A stretch of DNA of 64,000 nt from Octopus vulgaris (GCA_951406725.2 OX597830.1:22940001-23004000), one strand, 5' to 3'. Counted from the stretch's first letter, positions 1 to 12,134 are shown. Notes: generated from the sequence alone by a model not told the origin. Translations and numbers: made by a program.

Positions 1-51
1 GAATCGTTAGCACGCCGGAGAAATAGAAACCAGCATTACTAGTCATATATA

Positions 52-261
52 GGACGGTGAGCAGGAAGAATCGTTTCGCACGCTGGGCAAAATACTTATC
101 TGCATTTCTTCCGAGTTTTACGTTTTGAGTTCAAATTCCGCCGGGGTGGACTTTGCCTTCCATTCCTTTCGGGGTCGATAAATTAAGAACCAGTTGCGTA
201 CTGGGGTCGATCTAATCGACTAGCCCTTTCCCCAGAAATTTCGGGCCTTGTGCCCAGAGTA

Positions 262-265
<4 letters not shown>
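52..265 (+). mobile_element. tRNA-derived SINE family B
   Basis: gagttcaaattccgccg(a)ggtcgactttgcctttcatcctttcggggtcgataaattaagtaccag core. Further copies: 7680-7890(-), 10668-10872(-), 11900-12134(-), 28930-29434(- tandem), 58340-58560(+). Confidence 0.8.
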
Positions 266-306
<41 letters not shown>

Positions 307-660
307 CACCTAAGTGCAGAACAAGATGGAGAGAATAATACTCGAATATCATAGGAGAAAGATTAAACGTATTCTTAATACTTACGACTGTCTGGTTAAC
401 AGCTCTGGGAAACTCTAATTTTCAGCTCCAATAACACGTAGATTATCTACATTTGTAAAAAGGGAGTACTCGATACTATAGAAGAGACTAATATATTTTA
501 TTTTAGTGGAGTCACTCTCTTGCTACCATGAGTTTCAACTGTAGGTGCCTTGCCTAAAGATCCTATGTACTCATATCTGATATTCAAAGTAGCAAGAGAC
601 TGACTCGAGCAAAATAAAATACACTGTGTGTGTGTGTGTGTTTATTTGTGTGTGTGTGTA

Positions 661-695
<35 letters not shown>

Positions 696-708
696 ATGAA
701 GTTAATAA

Positions 709-958
709 AAGAAAATGGAGAGGAAAAAATATAATATATACTTGGTTCATTTTATTTGTATCACAAAGGAAACGTAAAAGTGATACCTAGAAGAATAAAG
801 CTAAAAGGAAGCGGATTAACAAAACAACCAAAAGATATCCGAGAAAAATCCTACACATGTTTCTTATAGGTATCGTTTTTACTTTGCATTACTTTTCCTT
901 TGTGATACAAATAAAATGAACCAAGTATCTATTATATTTTTTCTTCTCTATTTTCTTT
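709..958. repeat. Inverted repeat (~70-bp arms)
   Basis: aagaaaatggagaggaaaaaatataatatatacttggttcattttatttgtatcacaaaggaaa vs tttcctttgtgatacaaataaaatgaaccaagtatctattatattttttcttctctattttctt. Confidence 0.8.
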
Positions 959-1081
959 ATAATTTATTAGACTGTTTATACATCTATATTCAGGAACTTT
1001 CTTTCAATATTTTTGATAACGCTAGTTGGCATCTGGATTGTTATTAACAATCTCTTTCAAGGAAACTATCTCGTCAAAATG

Positions 1082-1117
<36 letters not shown>

Positions 1118-1119
<2 letters not shown>

Positions 1120-1628
1120 TGGACGAATGACCTGTTAGGGTCACTCCTAAATTGTTATATTTATATATTTAGTCGTTGACTATTTTCTCTTTTCCACTAG
1201 GCCGTTGGTAGCGATAAATTTCTATTGAATTTTTTTGCTACCCTAAATTGACTAATTGATAATTTTCTGAATAATTCTGAGATTGAATCGGCAGTTTATA
1301 TTTACTGCTGATAAGTTTGGCGCGAATACGTCAGTCTTGAAAATCTTAAGACAGATATTCCGTAGGCATCGATACAGACACCTCGTGTATATTTGTCTCT
1401 CCCAGGTTTTTTACTGATGAAGTGTAACCTATGGTAGATTAGCTTAATTTAATTTAATTAAGCTAATTTAATCATTAATGACACAGAAACGTTGCAACGT
1501 CTAAAAGATGAATTAGGGTAAATGTTTTTAAATTTTCACCTAATTTCTGAATTACTACTACTTGGCGGTGTGAGTTATGGCTGCTCTTTCTGGTGGACGA
1601 ATGACCTGTTAGGGTCACTCCTAAATTG

Positions 1629-1635
<7 letters not shown>
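1118..1635 (+). mobile_element. PLE pLTR/retrozyme-like unit with ~43-bp terminal direct repeat
   Basis: ggtggacgaatgacctgttagggtcactcctaaattgttatat occurs at 1118 and 1592; contains the 1405-1509 hammerhead; flanked by (TA)n. Confidence 0.6.
1405..1509 (+). ncRNA. Hammerhead ribozyme with extended stem II
   Basis: ttttta CTGATGA a gtgt..atggt-agattagcttaatt/aattaagctaattt-atcat..acac a GAAA cgttgcaacg TC taaaag. Palindromic stem III ACGTTGCAACGT; GUC cleavage triplet ends at 1501. Confidence 0.72.
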
Positions 1636-1686
<51 letters not shown>

Positions 1687-1693
<7 letters not shown>

Positions 1694-3952
1694 CACTGCT
1701 TCAGCTCTGCTATCGTCCTTGTAGTATAAGGTGACCATAGCTGAGAGCAGTAGTACAGTCGGCTGAGGATACATGACTTCCATAGTGTCATCATAGTTTC
1801 TTGGTCCCTTGTCCGGAAGGTTATCAGAATCCAACCGGCCAGTATTCTGGATGCTGCTACCATTTTGTTGATATGTGTGTGAAATGAGGCATTGATGCTT
1901 ATTTCTATTCCAAGATCACGCACCGTATTTGATTCTGGGATCGTTACTCCACTTGGTCCAACGTACTGATGTCGTGATTACTGAGCAGTGCTTAACTGGT
2001 AGCAGAATGCCTGGAATTTACTTGCATTAAATTGCGTATTGTTAGCCTCAGCCCATGTATAGATGGCATTTAGATCTTTCTGTAAGAGCGTAGCATCAGA
2101 GGTTTCCTTGACTGACTGTGCGACTTTCGTGCCGTCGGCATAGCTAGTAAGCATGAATGCCTCTGTCACTGATGGCATATCCGATAGGGCTTCCATGAAA
2201 AGCAGTGGCCACAGCACAGTGCCCTGGCGCACCCCACTCACTATTGGTATCTCTGTGGAGAGAGCTCCGTTGACTGCTACAATTTGGCTCTTGTTCTTTA
2301 GGAAATCATGCAACCACTCTCCGACTTTACCTGTGATGCCGAGTACCCGTATTTTGTGGCATATCATTCCATGGTTGACCTTGTCTGCCATCGCAAAGTC
2401 GAGGTATACCACATCCACCTTTGAGCAGTTCATTAATTGCTTCAGTACCCAGTCATAGTGTCGCAGAAGCTGTGTAAGACGGGCGAAAGCCATGTTGGGT
2501 GTCAGAGAGCAGGTTATTGTCCTCAAGGAACTCAGTCTCTTCCTGACAATGCGATCCATGACTTTACTGACGTGGGAGGTCAGGGAGACAGATCTATAAT
2601 TCCTAGCCTCTACCCTGCTTCCTCCCTTATGGATAGGGCATATTATTCCCTCTTTTAGTTTTTTTGGGAGTTTCCCCATCCTGAGGAACTCCTGGAAAAG
2701 GATTTGAAACGGTCTAGCTAGAGCTCTTTTTTACATTTCTTTAGGAGGATTGCAAGGAACCCATCAGAGCCCGTTGCCGAGTTCGAGTTCAGCTCTTCAA
2801 TGGCTGATATCACATCAGGTTCCTCTATGTTGATGTTACCAATAGTTGCCATTTCACAATGCTTGTCATCGGGGTCAAAGAACCTATCCGGCACATTCAC
2901 TCGTAGCTTCCCCAACGGTATGCTGAAAGCATTCTTCTATTGTGCATTCAGTAATTCACTGATTCTCTGGGGGTCCGCAGTTGGTGAGCCATTTTCATCT
3001 AGTAGCGGTCCTATTTTGTAGCGCACAGAAGCATATATCTATAGAAGGCCTTAGGGGTCCGCTTTAATGTTTTTGATAGCCCTGGCTTCCTTTTCTGCCC
3101 TTTCTTTTTTATGGGAAAGTTTCAGTGCGTTTTCAATCTCAAGCAAGGTGCATTCGAGGTGGATTCGTCTGAAATCTTTTATATGTCCATTTAGATGGTT
3201 TGAGATTGTTGCTCTTCGTCTCATTACTACCCTCCTATCCCGTGGGTATTATATTTTTCTTCGCCCGTTGATTTGATGTTCTCTTTGGGGGTAAGCTTAC
3301 TGCAGATATCATACATGATTGCCATGAAGTTCTATAGTTTCATGTCGATGTTTTCCCCTGAGAGGATGGTGGACCAGTTACATTTCAGGACCTCTTTCTC
3401 AATGCCCTTCCAGTCAGCTTTGTGGAAATTCAGGCTAGAGATGAGATGAGTGTTTCTAGTATTTCGTATGTCCGTGGTCTTTTGTGGTTCATACATCACT
3501 AACTCTATTAAATTAAGGTCCGAAAAAAGCGTCGGTGTCACTTTCACGTCATGTATGAGTGCCGAGCTGTTTGTGAAACATAGGTCCAGGATATTCTTTC
3601 CCCTTGTGGGGTGATGCACCATCTTCTCCATAAAGAGTGCGTCAGTGAAGTCAAACAAAGACTCTGCATGCTTCCGATTCTGAAGTGACATACTTGAAAG
3701 GGGACAACCCTCTGGCCGTTTTACATGAGGGAGATTGAAATCCCCTAAGAGAAGTATGTGCAGATCATTGTCGAGATTCACCAAAACATCTCTCGTTTTT
3801 TGGAGGCACTCTTCAAATGAGTTCTCATGATCTGGGGCATCTGGTGAGCGATATGTGGTACATATTACCATCCTCATCTGTTTAATGTGTACTACCAGAG
3901 TATCACATACAGTGTTGGAGTGCGGCAAGAATACCATAGGCGTGACATCATC

Positions 3953-3955
<3 letters not shown>
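1687..3955 (-). mobile_element. Degenerate non-LTR retrotransposon ORF2 fragment (APE endonuclease + RT; CR1/L2 group), truncated at both ends
   Basis: EN motifs YRSP, LLGDFNLP, LDLCFTN, SD (3332-3937). RT motifs PIHKGG..NYRSVSLTS, VYLDF, SGVRQGTVLWPLLF, YADGTK (1978-2679), plus RDLGI and YCSQLWSP. Frameshifts and stops; (TA)n on both sides. Confidence 0.9.
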
Positions 3956-3989
<34 letters not shown>

Positions 3990-3991
<2 letters not shown>

Positions 3992-5192
3992 GAAAGATAA
4001 ATATAGATATAGCCGGTTTATGGAGTTACTCGGGGTTTCACGTCCATAAAGCGCTTAGCTTTACAGCGTTTCTTCAGACCCTAAACCCGTTGGCCTATGG
4101 CCTCTCTAGAAATGGAGGAGAAAAAAAACTTCGTTACTATTTGTCAACGACAAGTTATTTTCTCCCTTTGATTGGTATTCGTAATTGACCCTCTTAGCTT
4201 CTGGATCCCAGAACGTCAGCAATAATTTTTTGAAGTGCAAGCAGGATCCAGAAACTTCTGTCCTGGAGTTAAGGATGTTCCCCGGGTCGAGGGAGTCCTT
4301 TAAAGCCTTGTTCTTTCGGCAAGGCACAGCTTATAACGTTTAGTCTCACTGATGAAGGGGCCTGGAATTTCTAAGATCTTTCATGATATCACGTGTGGAG
4401 TTCCTTCGTCTTTCAGCCGCTATACATGGCTAGCAAAGGACGAAGGAAACCTCGTCTCAGGGATCCTGAAAGAGGATCTGTGGTTGGAGAGGCGCTGCTT
4501 GAACGTGTTTCCGGAACATCCGATGTATTTTCGTGTTCGTTTGTTGACGACGCTGTTTCTGTTAACGTTGATGCTGCTGCTTCCGCTCTTGATGCTGTTA
4601 GTGCTGGCGAAGGGGACATCATCGGTGGTGGTGTTATTGCTATCTTCGTTGCTGTTGTTGGAGCAGTTATCGGCGCTATCGAGGTGCCTGATATCGCTGT
4701 TGATATTGTCATCATTAGCGATGTTGCTGCTACTATTTCTGTTCGGGATGCTGTCATTGTTATTATTGCTATCATTGACGATGGTGATGCTGCTATTTCT
4801 TCTCGGGTTGCTGCCATCGCTATTGGTACAACCATTCCTGCTGCTGATGTTGCTACCAGGATCGATTACCACTTTAGCTTCATAGACTCCCCCCTCAGTT
4901 TCGCAATGGTCTCCCACTGGGCATCTGTTGTAAACCCTGCATGAATATCCTACCACCGTTCGTGGCCTAGGGGTGTTAATTGGAATGCTCTTAATATTGG
5001 GGGCGCAGCTAAAAGAGACCCTTAGGTTGTACTGTTGAAAGTGTGATCGTTTGAAGTGTTTAAATATATACACACGATTGTACTTACCCACAATTTAAGT
5101 GCTAATATCACCTCTTTCTTTTCCTCACCCTCTTCTGTAGATTTACTGTAACCGAGGCAGATCATCACCAGTGTCCTCATATTTCAGGTTTT
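3990..5192 (-). mobile_element. Penelope-like element 3' fragment: GIY-YIG endonuclease pseudogene plus pLTR with hammerhead
   Basis: Linker VSFSCAPNIKS and C..C(P)..C; GGVYEAKV...[insert]...KYIGCSGNTFKQRLSNHRSSF; then (W*)RLKD..IS(W*)KIL..KLCLAE..NILNSRTEVSGSCLH with a frameshift. This C-terminus resembles Hydra/Naiad-type PLEs. RT is absent (5' truncated). Confidence 0.88.
4014..4088 (-). ncRNA. Type I hammerhead ribozyme in PLE terminal repeat
   Basis: Minus strand: gggtttagggt CTGAAGA a acg-ctgtaaagc-taagc-gctttatgg-a-cgt GAAA c-cccga-g TA actcca-taaacc. Stems I, II and III pair; predicted cleavage after GUA (4027/4026). Lies directly downstream of the GIY-YIG ORF. Confidence 0.82.
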
Positions 5193-6304
5193 AACACACA
5201 CACACACTATTTATATATATCCTCACAGATCATCTTCTAAAATCGCATGCCACATCAAGAGTAAGATACATATCGTCTGCCCCCATCCATTTCTTAATTT
5301 GCAGACAACAAAAACAAAACTCTTAGAATTTATTACGTTAAGATTTTATTTAATTTCAGTTATTTTTATCAAGACATTTCAATAAAATCTTTCCTTTATT
5401 CATTTTTAAAAATCATTCATTTGTTCAATCATTTCGTTAGTTTTATATTATAATACTTCTTTCTTTCATTTTTCTTCTTTTTTTTTTTTTTGCTTTGTTT
5501 TGCTTTCTTGGAGTTCGCTTCATTTTTATTCATCTCACGTATTATCAGCAATGGAAGACTGTAAGACATGTTAAAAAATAGATTTTCTGGGGGGACTTGA
5601 AGGACATTTCTGGGATGGAATGGGGGTGTTGGGTGTATGATTTCGGTGGGTTAAAGGGAATTGGTAGGAAAAATTTGCGTGTGATAGAAATAGAGATAGA
5701 TTGATGAGATGAAGGGAGAGGAAAGACATCTGCATTTGTGTGTGTGTGTGTGTGTGTGCTTGCTTTTGCATGTGAGTTCAGATATGTGTGTCTGAATATA
5801 TTGCGACAGTGGATGACTATTTCTGATCAGGTTTTTAAAAAATCCTTAGTGTTATATAACAGTAAATATTCTTGAGTTTTGTGTGTTTATGCGAATGTGT
5901 CTATGTGCATGTGAATGAGTACAAATAAGATTAAACTAGCGTTTGTATTTCTGTGTGTGCTAGCTTTCTATCTAATGTTTAGGACACCGAGTTGGGGTGA
6001 AGGGCGTGAAAAATATTTACAGAGGGGAAAAAGGGAATGACTGAATAAAAATAAAAAATGTACAATCTTTTGATAGTTCACTTAATATCATTCGTGTTCG
6101 TGTGTATTCATTTACTATAAGCTGAAGTTTCATCCCGTCGCCATTCCGAGTTTCTTGTTCTTGAAACATCGAATAACGGTATAACTACTACATTTATTCA
6201 ATACTTTTGCCCTCTCGTTCGAACATCCAAACGTATGCACTCATACGCGCGTGTCTGAATAACCAAATAGGTATGTGAGCACGTAAATGTGTACGTGTAT
6301 ATCT

Positions 6305-6335
<31 letters not shown>

Positions 6336-6339
6336 TATA

Positions 6340-6482
6340 CACGCGCACATAAGCAGATATGCGTGTGTATATATATATATATATATATATACATATACAT
6401 ACACGCGCACATAAGCAGATATGCGTGTGTGTATATATATGTATGTATATATATATGTATACGCACACAAGCAGATATGCGC

Positions 6483-6515
<33 letters not shown>

Positions 6516-6533
6516 GACGCACACAAGCAGATA

Positions 6534-6567
<34 letters not shown>

Positions 6568-6637
6568 GACGCACACAAGCAGATATGTGTGTGTGTGTGT
6601 ATATATATATATGTATATAGACGCACACAAGCAGATA

Positions 6638-6668
<31 letters not shown>
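6340..6668. repeat. Minisatellite, 6 units of ~50-60 bp built around acgcacacaagcagatatg(tg)n(ta)n
   Basis: Units start at ~6341, 6403, 6461, 6517, 6568, 6621. Confidence 0.85.
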
Positions 6669-6669
<1 letters not shown>

Positions 6670-9600
6670 GTTCACATACACACATACATTAATAAACAAA
6701 ATGTAAGCAGGAAACGAGTAGAATGTCGCTTGATTTCTATCTGATGGACTGTAAGTTTATACTACTGGGAATCAGAGAGAGAAAATGTCTGTCACAAAAC
6801 ACACACTATTTCTCAACTAACCAATCAGGTGGTTTCTTCCATCGTGTGAAGGAAATGGAGACTGGCTAGATTTGAAGGTTACTAACAGGGGAAAAAAAAT
6901 TATGATCAAAACCATTCTAGCCATAAGCACTTCACGCTTTCCTCTATTATTCAATGAGCTTCTCATTCCTTTTCGAAAAGGAAGATTTATTTGAAGGCGA
7001 TTTGATTGCTACTATCAGCAAACTGAGCGATCACGATGAGGTTTTCTCATACATGGGCCTATCATATATTAATCGCGTGCGGTCTCGCTGGTGGCTTTTG
7101 GGAAATTAAGAATTAATATTATTTATATATTTGCAAGAACATTGAATGGGTATTAATGCAGTAGCTGCAAAGATTTTCAACATAAAACGATGTTGGAAAT
7201 CTTCTAAGCTAAAAGCTCAGTCCTGTAATGATTGTGCTTCAGATCACAAATCAATCATAGAAAAAGGGATTAGTTTTTCTCCCCTTATATTATAGAGTTC
7301 CTATGTTACTTAAAAAATGAATGTAAACACTGTTCGTTTGATTCTTAGACTACCGTGCATTTCAAAACTGGTTCACCGATGCCGCCCCGTGTGGTACTGT
7401 CACACAGAAAGCGCTATAATCACCCTTCGACGAGTAACCTTGTAGGTCTTTTCTGTCGGAGGATGGTCATGTCTTCTATATCTAGGATGTTTTATTAAGC
7501 TAACACTACTATTTGACTGGTACTTTACGAGAAAGGATCACAGGCGAAGATGACCTCCCTGGGATTCGAACACAGAAGGTAAAGAACCGGAACAAACACC
7601 GCAAAACATTTCGTCCGAAAATCTAACGATTTTACCAATCCCATGACCCTGATACTAAATACTAAAAATTCTTTCAAATTTTGGCTGAAAGGCAGCAATT
7701 TTGAGGAGAAAAGGACAAATCGATAACATCAACCTCAGTATATGACTGGTACCTTATTTTATTGACTCCGAAAGGATAAAAGGAAACGTTGACCTCGGTA
7801 GAATTTGAACTCAGAGTGTTAAGATCCATCACAAATACTACAAGGCAGGTTTTCTTGACGTTCTAGCAAGTCTACCAATCCACTGCCATGAGATTATTAA
7901 TAACTATAATTTCTAATAATTTTAAGCATGACTCAACACCTTAAGATACGTGTGACGTGCATCTGACCAACTTCACCCAGGGTGGATAAAAGAGAATGGT
8001 GGGGGGATGGGGACAATTTGATCAGGTATTGGCTGTTTTAACGGAGAGGAGAAAAATAACTGAGTAGCTGATCAATCATAATCGATATCGATCACCAGAA
8101 CCGTCTGATTGTGAAGTAAACTGTGATGAAATCAGAGTCGGTCACTAGAGGTCAGCGTCTTTATTATTATTATTATTATCAGTTCAGTGTGTAATAGCTT
8201 CTACTAACTTAAGGAAAGATGAATGCAACACTGAAGCTGTAATGTTTATGATGTTCTTACACAGCATCAAAGACGAAGCTAAGGTTAAATGCTGTCAAAG
8301 GCAGATCGTGGACAGCATAACTATATTCTACAAAGGCTAAAAACAGAGTCGCACTTCGAATTCTTTCAGTATAGTGGCAACCGCCATGATTTAGTGGGTA
8401 TTCGGTGCCATCAGCTGCGATATTTCTTCAGGGATACGATCCGAGTTCAAATTTCACGGAGGTCATCTTTGTGTTTTATCTAAGAATCAAACGAACAGTG
8501 TTTACATTCATATATGTATGAGGATGCTGCGGTTACCTATGATAGTAGATGGATGCTGAGAGAGGTTTATGATAATGTCTAGTTAGAGTTGTGGGAAAGT
8601 ATAAATTGCAAATAATGAGAAATAATTTCAAATTTTGGCACAAGGCCAGCAATTTCGGGGAGGTGGAGATAAGTCGATTACATCGACCCTAGTGAGCGAC
8701 TGGTATTCTTTTTGTTGATCCCCGAAAGGATGCAATAAGTACCAGCAGACCACTGAGGTCTGTGTAATAGATTTTCCCCTCCCCATAAAATTGCTAGCCT
8801 TGTGCCTTTTGTAGAAAGAATTATTAAAAAATAAAAAGAAGGCGGCGAGCAGAACCTGTTCAAATCCCAAGTCCGGACAAGATACCCATCAACAACTTCA
8901 GCTTCCGTGGTTTATAGTTCAAGAGCCTAAATACAGAAGCGATGAAAATAAGCACAGTTGCATCAAATTGCGAAGACGCTGTACATAATACCCGAAAAGG
9001 GATCGGAAGCAAATGTTGATGGTTGACTTAATCAAACACCTTCAATTAATCTAAATAAATTAGAGCCTCAATGAAGCTATATTCATTACAAATTTTCTCA
9101 ATAGAAAATATTTGTATATCATAATTTTTCATCATATAAAGACCAGCTGACTATTTCGTATTTTTGCGGCGGTAATTTATTTCAGAAATAGTGTATTTGC
9201 TTGTAAATAGCATTAAACGAGAAATTTAATCTGTTTCAATTAATACGTATTTGTACACACGATCTTTTAGTACAACTGATCTGTAAGAATACTTTAAAAT
9301 TATCCTGTATTATGAATTTAGAGAATGCATTAATTTTATTTCTCGTAATTTTTTTTGACTTCTGTACTCAATCCAGTTTGAAGAACCACAACTAGACAGC
9401 GTTTCCCGAATAGTTATCTCCCTTGAAAATTCTTTTAAAATTAATGATAGTTATTTCCCTTGAATTATAGTAAATTTTTTTTATACTTTGTCTAAGGGAG
9501 ATAATTCTCATAACTATCCTTATGAAAATCTATCAATGTTTTATTTTTAGCGCCAGAGATAGAAGAAACGTGATTATAGAGACGATCAAAGACAATTAAA

Positions 9601-10899
9601 TAGCCTTTTAGAATATGGTTCGCGTATAAACTTAAAATTTCATTCGTATTAGTATGGAAAGTTGCTGTTTAATGGATATATAAAAGGAAATACAAGCATA
9701 AACATAATTATTACTGACGAACCGGTGGAATCGTTAGTATGCCGGATAAAACTTTTAGCAATATTTCTTCCGTATTTACGTTCTGAGTTCAAATTCTACC
9801 GAGATCGACTTTGCCTTTTATCCTTTCGGTATCGATATAATCTACTTGTTCCTCCCGCAAAACTGCTGATCTCGTGCCTATTATTGTAGAAAGAAGTATT
9901 CAAAAATAAAGGTAGCGGCGAACAGACCAAATAATTAGTAGGCCGGACAAAATGCTTAGCGGCATTTTGTCCGTTTTTACGATTTCACCGATGTCGACTT
10001 TACCTTTCGTTCTTTCGAGGTCAATGAGATAAGTACTAGTTGAACAAGGGGGTACAATCAACTAGCTTACTCACCACCCCCGAATTTTAGGCCTCGTTCC
10101 TATTGAAAAATTATTTTTATTCTTAAGTACCAGAAAAAAACCCCAAAAAAACTGGGGGTCAATGTAATCGACTAGTCCCCTCCCACCAAATTTCAGGCCT
10201 TGTGCCTTTAGTAGAAATGATTATTATTATTATTAAAATGGTTATGGTCAACTTTGCTTATCAATATTCCAGGATCGATAAAATAAAGTACCAGTAATGT
10301 ACTGGGAGTAAATATTACCGACAGTTTTCCCTCTACCAGAATTTATGATCTTTTTTTGTCTATTAGAAACCATAGTTACCATTAATTGGCGCCGATGAAT
10401 GATCAAAGTCCGGATCGGCGGATACGCTTCTGTGCCACACGTCAAATAAACACCTTTTGATCCTCGCGGGTACAAGAGGGGGTGGGGTGGGAGTCTTCTT
10501 CAGTTGTACTTAAAGCTGCCAGTATATATATGTTTACGCACGTGTGCGTATATGTATGAGGATGCTGCGGTTCTCTATGATAGAAGATGAAGGCTGAGAG
10601 AGGTTTATGAGAATGTCTAGTGAGAGTTGTGGGAACGTTTAAATTGCAAATAGTGAGAAATAATTTCAAATTTTGGCACAGGGCCAGCAATTTCGGGGGA
10701 GTGGGGGTAAATCGATTACATCGACCCTAGTGAGCGACTGGTATTCTTTTTATCGATTCCCGAAAGGATGAAAGGCAAAGTCGACCTCGGTGGAATTTGA
10801 ACTCAGAATGTAAAGACGGACGAATAAGCATCTTGCTAGGCGTGCTAACGATTCTACCAGTTCGTCACCTTTAACAACTACAATAATAATAATAATGTG

Positions 10900-11218
10900 T
10901 GAGGGCGCGTGGCTTAGTGGCTAGGGCATTCGGCTCACGACCGTAAGGTCGAGAGTTCAGTTCCCGGCGACGCGTTTTGTCCTTGAGCAAGACACTTTAT
11001 TTCACGTTGCTCCCCAGTCCACTCAAGTGGCAAAAGTGAGTAGTACCTGTATTTCAAAGTCTTGTCACACTTTGTGTCACGCTGAATGTCCATGAGAACT
11101 ACGTTGAGGGTACATGTGTTTGTGAAGTGCTCAGCCACTTGCAGTTAATTTCACGAGCAAGCTGCTTCGTTGATCGGATCAGCTGGGACCCACGTCGTCG
11201 TAACTGACGGAGTGCTCC
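10900..11218 (+). mobile_element. tRNA-derived SINE family C
   Basis: gcgtggcttagtggctagg (A box), gagttcagttccc (B box), ccttgagcaagacactttatttcacgttgctcc. Relatives at 20836, 21518, 59050, 61920 and on the minus strand at 37870-38185, 43050-43350, 53580-53900. Confidence 0.8.
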
Positions 11219-11899
11219 TTAATAATAATAATAATAATAATAATAATTACTACTATAAGCACAAAGCCTGAAATCTTGTGGGGAAGAGGGGTAAGTCGAT
11301 TACATCGACCTCATTAATTGATAGGTACTCACGTTGTCAGTCCCAGAAAAGATGAAAGGCAAAGTCGACCGCGACGGAATTTGAACTCAAAAGCGAAAGC
11401 CGCTAAACATTTGGTCTGACGTATTAAAGATTCAACCAGCTAATCGCTTCAACAACAACAACAATGATGATGGTGGTAATAGTAGCTTCAAATGTTTGGC
11501 AGAAGGCCAGCAATTTTAGCACTGGTAGGGGCTTAATTGATTTTATTAACCCCAGGGCTCAAATGAATATTAATAACTGAGCGGCCAGACGGAGCTTTGC
11601 TAGACGGACTGACCCGTATAGAGGAGAAATCCAGCCTTATACACTTCCTTTAGCCATCAAACATCCCAATGATGACGATGACATTTTTCTTACGTTCGTT
11701 TGAATTAACTGTTTTTAAGCGTTCCTGGATTATCGATCAGTTCTTTCCAACACCCACACACTCACGTATAAACACAACCACACACTCTCACCACGTTGCT
11801 GTTCTCTTTCGCCTTCCAAACTATACACAACACCACCGATTTGACTCCCATTGCCCCTCCTCTTTACAGTTGCCTAGTGGATAAGATATTTTAAATACC

Positions 11900-12134
11900 T
11901 GTTTCTTTATTACCCACAAGGGGCTAAACATTAGAGGGCCACAAACAAAGACAGACATAGGTATTAAGTCGACTACATCGACCCCAGTGTGTAACTGGTA
12001 CTTAATTTATCGACCCCGAAAGGATGAAAGGCAAAGTCGACCTCGGCGGAATTTGAACTCAGAACGTAGCGGCAGACGAAATACTGCTACGCATTTCGCC
12101 CGGCGTGCTAACGTGTCTGCCAACTCGCCACCCT
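11900..12134 (-). mobile_element. SINE family B copy (CpG-intact)
   Basis: accccgaaaggatgaaaggcaaagtcgacctcggcggaatttgaactcagaacg. Confidence 0.82.

Noticed and set aside
4349-4375. CTGATGA motif suggesting another hammerhead
   Set aside because: No GAAA or stem III and no stem I partner; antisense of coding sequence.
4381-4383. In-frame TGA in the PLE ORF as possible selenocysteine
   Set aside because: Falls at an expected Trp (ISWKIL), alongside a TAG at another Trp and a frameshift; ordinary decay.
4352-4944. Hydrophobic plus-strand ORFs (177 and 183 aa) that look like membrane proteins
   Set aside because: Antisense frames of the Asn/Ser-rich insert in the PLE endonuclease.
6340-6668. 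Repeat-spacer pattern resembling a CRISPR array
   Set aside because: The spacers are (TG)n(TA)n microsatellite, the context is eukaryotic, and there are no cas genes.
10900-10975. tRNA-like A/B boxes
   Set aside because: Heads of multi-copy SINEs followed by SINE body; no complete cloverleaf.
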